From assembly GCA_009914755.4 (NCBI GenBank), contig CP068257.2:17824001-17888000 (forward strand): a stretch of 64,000 bases of DNA, read 5' to 3'. A program made the position numbers and the translations under genes. The DNA comes from the human T2T-CHM13v2.0 reference genome, Homo sapiens. The notes below the pieces were generated by a model. That model had not been told where the DNA came from. It worked only from the letters and a program-made list of their open reading frames with translations, and did not search any database. Below, piece after piece: positions 53,691 through 64,000 of this stretch. How positions within the stretch are numbered: the first letter of the stretch is position 1; each line of letters opens with the position of its first letter.

Positions 53691-55363
53691 GATGGCCCAG
53701 CTGTAACAGGATCACAGCAATTCCATGTCATGACATTGTGATTCTCAGACAACATCAGCTTCATTTCCTTGTGTTGTTTTTTTGGCAGTGATAGCATTTA
53801 GATGACAATTTTCAGAAAACTCTGTTAATATTCTTGGCAGATATTTAACCTTATGAAAAGAAATCACTTATTGAGGACTTCAGTACAGTATTTTCATTTC
53901 AATGACATTTAAAATGAAAAGGAGTCCATTTTCTTTTCAGAATTTTTGAATATGCTTCAGTTTAAAATTAAACTCATTCAGTGAATAGTCAACTAGCACA
54001 AAAATCAGAATATAAGCGATTTTTTTAAGCAGGCTTTTTTTTTCAATGTGGCTCTTATATTTGATATATCCTATGATACACATTTGACTATTAACAACAA
54101 GTGAAGCATACAAATTTATCTTCAAAAATATGGTAATTTTTTAGTACATATAATGAATTAAAATTTATTGCTCTATGCATAGGAGATAATTTACATAATT
54201 TCAGTATATCTTTTTAGCCTTTAGTCAACTCAGAAAAATAAGTCACTTAAAAATGTATGTTTCTATTTTATTTTCAGATTTTGTATTAATAGCTTTTAAA
54301 TCTTATCCTATTTTTATATGATTACAATACTATAGTAATTTATAGAAGGGAGTTGAAAACATAGTGAAAATATAACTAATTTCTAAAATATTTGTAGTCA
54401 CTTTTATTATGGATTTTCAACATTCTTTTCTAATAAAGAGAAGGGTTAATGAATGAGTTTAATAGGATACCTATAATAAACTACTTTTAAGGTGAATGTG
54501 ACTGGATTGTTTTGGTTGTGCTTGCTTTTCCATGTCTTAGGGTAACCTCAGTTTTCTCAGAACACAATATTAAGTCTAAATCCAAAAGCCTATTGGGTAA
54601 TATAGATTTAATGAGAGAAGGAAGAGTTACCTGCACCTTACCTAGCCCATTTATCTTCTAAAAATAAAATATTTGTAAACATTTTTCTGTTTCTCAATGG
54701 CTTCTCTTCTTGTGTTTCACGTGTCATTTTTCCATTTACTATTCACCAACTATCTCATTAGCTTACAAATAACCTGGTTCAAGCAATTGTCCCACATCTC
54801 CTATTACATTGCACTGAGCACTCAGTGAACTAAAAAGTAATCAATATTGCCAAGCAAAAGAAACAAAGCAAAACGGGATAAAACTTTAGTTTACACCTGA
54901 CTCTCACTTTTCACATTTGTGAATGTGAAAGCGAAGAGATCAAAATCAGGTTCCTTTCATAAAGCTATTACGCACTGCTGCATTCAAAACAGCAGTAGCA
55001 AAAGATGTAAGGATAAATGTGCTCACACTTTTAAAATCATGACACTAAAATAATGTTTCTTGATTCATATGTGAAATCAGATTACACTATAGTCAGGCTG
55101 GTATTTATCTGGAAATTTACTCTGAGCTATCATATTTCACCCTGGCTCATCCTCTTGGCCATCTCTAGTTAAACCAGCAATGGACCTTTTTCCAAGCTGG
55201 TTCATCACCTTGTATCTCCATAAATTTGTAATTAGGAGCAATTGGCCAGTTCACATGGCTGAAATTATAAGACAAAATTTGAGTATTGCATCTATATAGA
55301 AAGACCTGTTTTGCCCTGTAATCTAGGGAAGCAAAAAATGCTCTTCTAGACGTGGAAAATAAC

Positions 55364-55386
55364 TGAGAGAGAGAGAGAGAGAGAGA
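55364..55386. repeat. (GA)n microsatellite
   Basis: gagagagagagagagagagagaa. Confidence 0.9.
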
Positions 55387-57033
55387 AACCAGGAGAGAAA
55401 AAAAATCATGGAAAGAGAGGCCAAGGGATTTACAGTGTTGGTTCCAGTTTCTAAGATCTCCTACACTTCTGTTTTTGCCCTGTATGAGGCATTTTAAAGT
55501 TTGTTCTGTTAAACATTTTTAAAGTATAAAATAGCATATAGGGTTGTAGGGTATCTGTATTTGTGGCTCTGTTCAAACAAAGGCAAGAAACAATAAACTT
55601 TGCAATAAATAGATGAGATGTATTCAGGAAAGGAGTAGGAACAGAACAAGAGAGTAGTTGTGGATACCCGAGAAATAAACAACTTTACAAATTCTCAGTT
55701 CTCAAGGTTTCCCCTTGTGTTTTCTGGTCAGAATTGAGCACGTGAGTCCATTAATTAACACATCAATTATGCAAAGGCAGATAATGCAGAGGGGTGAGCA
55801 TGCAGAAAATTATTACCGCTTTATGTGAAATCAGTACATTCTTAGGAGACATCACAAATGTGAAAAAAAAAAGTTTGTAATAAGAAACATAGCTCTTGAC
55901 TCTTATTCTCCATGGGTCATGCATTATTTTCAATGTTTAAATCCATTATTCCTCCCCATTTAAGAGATCTGTGCACGGAGACTCACATCAATGCTTGAGG
56001 AGACAGAAAGCCAAATGCCGAAGTTGATTTGACCATGAGTTATGCAGAGGGTTATGATTTGATTAGGAGTTTGTGCACCAGGCTGTCATCGCAATCTCTC
56101 CAGTATCTTTTGTCTTTCCTGTTGTGTAGTTTAGATGATATTTTGAATAGTATAGTTTAATTAATACTGTGATGATATACAACATTTGATTTATAAAATT
56201 TAAACTATATCTTTCTTGTCTTCTTAACAAAATTATTGATCACTTTCTGTTTCTTTTTAGCTTCCATAACATTATAGTTCCCATGTAACAATTTATAATT
56301 ATCTAAATTTTTGCCATGCGTTATTGAGGAAAAAATCTTAAATGCATATCTGCTAAAAGTTATACAAATTACACTGATGGTATCGTGTACATCAATCCAT
56401 TATCTTGTAAGCTTTCTCTATAAAGGAGAAAATGAAACAAAAATGACAAGAAAATAATTTATAGTACCTTACAGACAAGATGTTTTCATGAAGAAATGAG
56501 TTAAATAAGAAGTTTTAAATAAGTTAAAAGGCCTATAGAAAATTTCTATTTTCATACAGTTGCATACTAAATCCTTAACCTAATTGAACACATATCTGAA
56601 AAAAACATACTTATAATTGACTCTGTAGTCTAGAAAATAAATAATTTATAGATATCATACTTTTTAAAAGTTTTTAAAATGAAACTGATAAATTATAAAT
56701 ACAATTTTAATTAGTTATAATGAATACATTATGAATTAATATGTGATTTACTCTAGAATTTATTAATCACCAAATAAGAATTTTCACTGTTAAAATTATC
56801 ATAGCTTGTTGTTGCTTTCAACCTAATAATCTGCTATTAGCCACATATTTGGAATGTATTCTTACTCCCATGCCTACCTGTTCCTCGAGGTGGTATCTTC
56901 TAAAATGAATGTGGACTCTTGGTTTCAGAGATGTTGCTCTTTATGTTCCTTTATGTTCTCTGCAGCCTGCAAAAATGTTGCATTCATGGAATCCCTACAG
57001 AGCAGAAGAATGCTTCCTATATATCTCACTATC

Positions 57034-57338
57034 TTTTTTTGTTTTGTTTTTGAGACAGGGGCTTGCTCTGTCACCTGGGTTGGAGTGCAATGGCACACAC
57101 ATAGCCCACTGCAAGCTCGATTTCCCAGGCTCAAGCAGTCCTCCAACCTCAACCTCCTAAGTAGATGGGACTAAAGGCCTGTGTCACTACACCCGGCTAT
57201 TTTTTTTTTTAAATATTTTTAGTAGAGAGAGGATCTTGCTTTGTTGTCAGGCTAGTCTCAAAATCCTGGGCTCAAGTGATGCTCCTGCCTTGGCTTCCCA
57301 AAGACCTGGGATTACAGGCATGAGCCATCACCCTGGCC
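57034..57338 (-). mobile_element. Alu SINE (older, AluJ/S-like), minus orientation
   Basis: Poly-T then gttttgtttttgagacaggggcttgctctgtcacctgggttggagtgcaatggcacac ... cttggcttcccaaagacctgggattacaggcatgagccatcaccctggcc. Target-site duplication atctcactatc / atcttcactacc. Confidence 0.9.
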
Positions 57339-60300
57339 ATCTTCACTACCCTTGACATATCTATGTATCTTCGCTGTTCTTGATGTAAGTTGAATCAATG
57401 AGGTAAAGAGATTATTTCTTACAAGGTACCACCATCCTGTTAAGCAAGACAACTTATACAAATGCTCCTGAACTTATGATGAGTTTCAGTCTCAATAAAC
57501 CTATTGTAAGTTGAAAATATGGTAAGTTAAAAATACATTTAATGTATCTAACCTACTGAACTTAATAGCTTAGCCTAGCCTACCTTAAACATGCTCAAAA
57601 CACTTGCCTTAGCCTAGAGTTGAGCAAAATAATTTTATATGAGGCACATTTTATATTGAAGTGTTGAATATCTCATGTAATCCATTTAATACTGTATAGT
57701 AAGGGGAAAAGAATGGTTGGATGTATGCTCAAAGTGTGATTTCTACTGAATGCATATCACTTTTGCACCATTTTAAAGTTTAAAAATTAAATCAAACCAT
57801 TGTAAGTTGGGGACCACCTTTATTCTCATGGCTTCCTACAAAAGTTTTAGCATTGGTACTTTTAGATAAATTATTTACCACCATTCCAGAAAGGGGAAGA
57901 GAAGGCTTGACATCTCTTTGCGACCTTGAACCATTCAAATGAATCTTCATCTGTTTCCTGCAACACCATTGCCAAGCACTGAATTTTCAAAAAGACAATG
58001 AATATCTCATTAGGTATAGAATGGAAAAAATGACTGTATTAGTTATCTCTTGCTACCTAATAATATTATCACAAATTTAGAGACTTAATATAACATCCAT
58101 CTATCATATCACACTTTTGCAGATCAGGATTGCAGGCTTTGGTTAGCGGGGCTCTCTGCTGCAGTCTTAAACCTGCCATCAAGGTGTTGGCCAGGGCTTC
58201 AGATTCCTCTGAGATCTGACTGGGGAGAAATCACCTCCTAATCTCATGTGGTTGTTTGCAGAATTTAACTACTTTTAGGCTGTGAAGTGACAGCAGTCTC
58301 AGTTTCTTTCTAGTTTTTGGACAGAGGCCACCCTCAGCTCATTGCCTCCTCAATGTGGCAGTACAACATGGCAGCTAGCTTCCTCCAGGCCAACAAGGAA
58401 GACATTCTCTTCCCAGTATAAATGCTGCAGGTTTATGCAACATAATTATGTATGGTAATCACATATATCCTGTCAACTTTGCCATCTTCTATTGAATAGA
58501 AGCATTCATGGTTCCTGCCATACCCCAGGGAAGGTGATGACACGAAGCTGTGAATTCCAGGAGGCAGGGATCATGGGGTCCACTTTAAAATCTGTCTCTA
58601 ACAAAGGACCTTATTTCACCAAAACTGTGTGAAATTCACTTTCTCTTCAAGTTTCTCAACCTCTTATTCTTTGAGTCTTGGTTAGGTCTATTCTGGAAAC
58701 TTCTCATATATGCCTGGACAAGACTATGTTGCCTGAGAATGGGCACAACAAATCTCTGAAATCACTTGGAACATGGGCATGATTCCTATAAGGATATTGT
58801 TCTAAAAATGTAATTACTTTTATTCAGAGACAATCTATGGAAACAGAATCAAAATATATTGAGCATTTCTACCTTATCAGATATTATCCCAGTGACTTAC
58901 AATTTTCACTTAAAATACTTTTTTCCTATTTTAAGAACAGATGTGAGCCATCTGTTTTTAATCAAAAATCCATATTAAATTACACCTTTAATTCTGGTGA
59001 TAAGTAGGAAAAACATCTAAATGTAATTTGACTTGTGTATGTGGTTTCTTCATTAGGTTTATTCCCTTTTAGACATGTCAAAACCTCATTGTCTTGAATG
59101 CTGATGATGTAATGAAGAGATTAAGAATTTGTATACCATCTAAACCATGAAGAGGCACAGGAGAAAATCTGAATTATACAAGCATGTGCTGAGAGAATCA
59201 TTAAACGATTTGGTTCATTTAACATTATATACCCATGTGACTCTTCCATATTTTCGAGCAAGAATAAATTTGAGACAACTGTTGAATTTATTGTTCATTT
59301 ATTTTACTTTAATCTATGTATCTACCACAGAAGTCTGGGTTAAAGAATCAAAATATTTTATGTGTCTAATACACAGTCTTTAAATACAGATTTAAGAGGT
59401 AATTATTGTGTAGGATATAGAAAATGTTACATTTATTCCGATATTTATGGGTAAATTCATGACCACGGAGGAAGAACTTACCCTAAATGATTGAAAGCTT
59501 TTCTGTCAAAGTAGAATTTACCCTCCATTTACAGACAGGCTAGACTATTATAGGGCCTGGTCCCTGGAATTTCTTCATTGTTACAAGAGCACAATAAAGA
59601 GATATTTCTCTCCCTGCTCATTAGAAGCAATGCCAGCACAGCTCTGCAGAGCCACAATTCCAGATTACACGAGGGATAAGAAAGGAGAGAGGAGATTAGT
59701 GCAGCTGAGATGATCCTCCTTTTTGGCATTTTCCCTCTTGAGAAAACACTGTTATGCCTTTGATGCCACCTTTCTACTCTGGCTATTTGGAGATATTCAT
59801 AATCTATATCACAACCCTGACCTTGGCCCCAGATAGTCTCATCTTTCCAAATAACAGCCAAAGATTTGTAGCAGGGCTGCATTCATAATAGATGCAAAAT
59901 TAAATTCTACTAAGTCTCATGTTTTTTTTTTTGCTTTCGTATTTTTATCATGTAAACAACATGGCATATTCCAAAGGCTTAAAGGATAAATCCTAGAGAA
60001 ACACACATAAGTTGAAAGAGGTAAATCTGCAGGACTGGAGAAGGAGAAGCTGTAACCATTCTGCAAGTGTAGCAAGGCAGGAGCCAACTCAAGTTTTTTA
60101 TATTCTATCAGAGAACAAGCAAATCACTGAAAGAAATTCTGAATGTGATGTGCATCCCAACCAAGCAGGGGACATAAGGCAGGTTTTCCTTCTAGGTCAG
60201 AAAACCAGGAGGAGAGAGAGCCTCATGCAACTTAGATACCAGAGCCCAAGAATCAGACAGACAGAAAGACCTCCTTACATTAGGATATGGGGTGTGGCGG

Positions 60301-60906
60301 TGTCACGGTGGGATCAGTTACAGAACAGTTGCTTCATAATGCTGCCAAGTGCTGAGAAAAGTTATGCCAGACAATGAGTCATCAGGCACAGAAAATTATT
60401 GGACTATGTCAAAATGCTTTCTCCTAAACAGCAAAGTCTTCTGACAACTTGGGAAACATGACTTCTGCTCTTGTCTGGTACAGAGAAGAGGGCTGGGGGG
60501 AGCTTCCAGAAAACTGAATAGCACATACATCTCTGAAAGACAAGAAATAACAACACAAATAAAAAGGCAAGATGATATTTTTAAAAGAAAAGAATTGAAA
60601 CAAAAACATTTGTTGAATGTTTATTGATTAGTAATTATGTAGTGAAACTCTTCTACACACTGGGGATACATCAAGTTCCAACTTCTCACACTCAGGTGAG
60701 AGACCATAAACAAATAAATGATTAAATGATGTTGTATGTCATAAAATAGTACATTTTAGAAAGAAAGCAAAGTAGACAAGGACAAGAGTCCGTGAGTTTG
60801 CATGTGTGGGGAGTGGGAATAGGATTGCAATTTTAAATAGGGTAGAAAGGCTGGCTTCCTTGAGAAAGTAACATTTGAGCACATTGATTAAGAAGGTGAC
60901 CAAGTG

Positions 60907-61438
<532 letters not shown>

Positions 61439-63179
61439 TCATGTTGAAATTTGTTACTCAGTGATGGACACGAGGAATGATGACAGGTGTTTGGACCACA
61501 GGGACAGATCCCCCTGAATGGTTTGGTGCCATTCTCATGGCAGTGAGTGAGTTCTCACTCTTAGTTCCCATGAAAACTTGTTGTCAAAGAGTCTGGCCCT
61601 TTCTCCTCTCTCTTGTTTTCAGCCATGTGATCTGTACACACAGGCTTCTGCCAGGAGTGGAAGCAGTCTGAGGTCCTCATCAGAAGCCAATGCTAATGCC
61701 TAACTTCAAGTACAGTCTGCAGAACTGAGAGCCAGATATAAATTTCTTTTCTTTGTAAATTACCAGGCTTCAGGTATTCCTTTTAGCAGTACAAATGGAC
61801 TAAGACAGCCACTGTGGCTAGTGTAGAGTGAGCCAACTTGTGCCTAGCAGGGGATGAGATTAGCGATGCAAGACCACAGTAGCCCTTTTAAGTCACTGTT
61901 ACAACCAAGACTGTTGTCTGAGAATAAGAAAATATCAAAGAAAGTGATAAGAGGGAGGAGATAATATGATAGGTTTTAAGAGTATCACTCCAGTTGCTAT
62001 AGTAGGTGACTTATGTTTCTTTCTACAATTTCTCTAAACTGTCTACATTTTTCATATTATATTCATAATTAAAATGACAGGTTTTTTTTCCTCGAAGCTA
62101 GTTCCAGGAGCTAGAACAACATTTTCATCTTCTAGGACAGTGACAGACCTGACAACAGTTAGGCATTGGCACTCTAACAACATGTAGCATAGTCTAAATC
62201 AGGGGTCAGCCATTGTGACCTGAGTTCGGAAAATGCCAATATAAAAGTCACATGCTGACTGCTGTGTGGCAATAACCACTCAAATGGTAAAGTATCTCAT
62301 GCAGAGAAGATCAAGAAAGAGATATTGTCTCATCCAGCTGCCTGAAAAGGGAAAATATTCAGACACTTTTCACATTCTTCCTATGATCTTGAAAGTCACT
62401 GAACACTCCTCAAGTATTTTGCTTTTTTTATTGTTGTTGTGAGAAAAGACACAGATGGAAGTCACAGGCTGTGACCACAGTCCATTGTTCTTAAGCAAGA
62501 TTCCTCAGGAAACTTTGTGTTCCTACCCAGAATGTAAATGATCTGTTACAACAAGAGAACAGTGTCTGGAATGTTTGCAAATTACCTTTGAGATGTCTCT
62601 CTTCATCTAAAATTATCCTTACTTGTTCTTAATGTTTCCATACTAGCAAAAATAAATCCAGCACTGCATTGCTGCAAAATAGGTAGAAGTTGTAATTGAA
62701 TAACCTGTTGAAGCCACCATTTCTGCCCAGACAAGTTATTGTCAATGTCATTGTTTTTTGGTTGGGCTGTGGGTCCATGTGTGGGTCAACATATAGCTTA
62801 AATAAATGTAACCCATAAATGACTAGAAGAGGGCTATGCTTGAATTAATAATGACACTGTTCCACGGCTAATAATAATAAATAATTCTTTTCAGTGTACC
62901 TGAGGTCTATTTAAAAATATATTAAAAAGTTAAAAGTTGGTAAAAAACAAATTAGCTGCTGTTTGTTACTTGGTATCCTGGGTCATCTTCCCTTCCATGA
63001 TAAAAATCTGAAAGAACTATAGGCCAGTATTGTTTAATTTTAAAACAAAATTAGAAAACTTGAAGTTTAGAATAAAATTCAAGCCATGGTTTTCCCTTAC
63101 TTTGTATTGTATTTATTAAAATGTTTTCAAAGATGAAACTTTTTGAATGTTTTCAGAGTTCCTGAAAAAGTTAAATAAG

Positions 63180-64000
63180 TCACTTCTTGTTTGTGTTTTG
63201 TGGGCTTTTGTTTTGTTGTGTTTTTAAATAAATTTTATTTTTTAGAGCAGTCTTAGCTTTACAGCAAAATTGAGCAGAAGGTATATATTTTCCATATATT
63301 CTCTGCCCCCACATATGCATAACCTCCCCAAGTATCAACATCTCCCACCAGAGAGGTATATTTCTTATAATCAATGAGCCTATATTGACACATCGTTATC
63401 ACCCAAAGTTCATAGTTTATATTAGGATTCGTTCTTGGTGTTGTAAGTTCTATGGTTTTGCAAAAATGCATAATGACATGTGTTCACCATTGTAGTATCA
63501 TACAAAGTAGATTTACTGCTCTAAAAATCCTCTGTGTTCCACTTGTTTATCCCTCCCTTTTCCCCAAGTCCTGGAAACCACTGATTCTTTTACTGTCTCC
63601 CTCATTTTGCCTTTCCATAATGTGATTTTGTTAAAATCATACAGTATTCAACCTTTTCAGATTGTCTCTCAGTAATACGCATTTAAGTTTCCTCGATGTC
63701 TTTTTATGGCATCATAGCACTTTTTTAGTGCTGAATAATATTTCATTGTGTGTATATACCACATATTCTTTATTAATCTACTGAAGGACATCTTGATTGT
63801 TTGCATGTTTTGGCAGTTATGAATAAAGTGCCTATAAATATGCACGTAGACTGTGTTTTCAACTCATTTTGGTAAAAACCAAGGTGTGTGATTGCTGCTA
63901 AATACCAAGATGTGTTATTACTAAATATGGTAAAAACATATTTAATATTGTCAGGAACTGCTCATCTGTCTTCCAAAGTTGCTTGGCAATTTTGCATTCC
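63180..64000 (-). mobile_element. Ancient L1 (L1M-type) 3' portion, minus orientation, running off the window end
   Basis: Minus-strand translation gives the L1 ORF2 C-terminal tail ..ELTTPRTNPNINYELWVITMCQYRLIDYKKYTSLVGDVDTWGGYAYVGAENIWKIY.. (63259-63471) and ..HLGCFxxLAI.N.A..N.. further up. The A/T-rich 3' end lies near 63180-63240. Confidence 0.75.

Noticed and set aside
59529-60377. 117-aa (-) and 121-aa (+) ORFs in apparently unique sequence
   Set aside because: No start context, splice signals, codon bias or recognisable motifs. Such lengths occur by chance in 64 kb. I have no way here to test for conservation.

Overview
This window is primate (almost certainly human) nuclear DNA, not a prokaryotic locus. 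It carries at least ten Alu SINEs, several LINE-1 elements, THE1/MST-type MaLR LTR elements, an HERV9 LTR12 solo LTR and many microsatellites, all read directly from the sequence. I therefore see no bacterial-style genes, operons, CRISPR arrays or defence systems. I could not support any convincing host protein-coding exon; the window looks like a gene-poor, AT-rich, L1-rich intergenic or deep-intronic region. Nearly all ORFs in the six-frame track are Alu/L1/LTR-derived or low-complexity artefacts; the exceptions are degraded L1 ORF1/ORF2 reading frames. The main structured content is listed below.
- An ancient L1M-type fragment (about 1270-3602, +) split by an Alu.
- A THE1 solo LTR (5119-5487).
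- A 4.8 kb cluster of two adjacent MaLR elements in an LTR-int-LTR-int-LTR-LTR arrangement (12552-17394), with an Alu inserted into one LTR.
- An LTR12 solo LTR with a GC-rich U3 and about 40-bp tandem repeats (29845-31239).
- A nonautonomous hAT-like DNA transposon with a 9-bp target-site duplication (34877-35413).
- A near full-length but degraded L1 on the minus strand (38341-45780).
- A plus-strand L1 (48873-53453) whose 5' region is a tandem array of about 138-bp monomers, with an internal deletion fusing the ORF1 3' end to mid-ORF2.
- L1M 3' fragments at 45790-46960 (+) and 63180-64000 (-).
The observations most worth a second look are listed here.
- The tandem MaLR arrangement.
- The monomer array upstream of L1 ORF1.
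- A roughly 110-bp inverted repeat pair around an A-rich/(AAAG)n core at 33778-34226.
- A roughly 130-bp segment of the L1 3' region duplicated just downstream of the element.
- Several Alus with clean target-site duplications.
I cannot name the exact subfamily of several old repeats from memory and say so where relevant.
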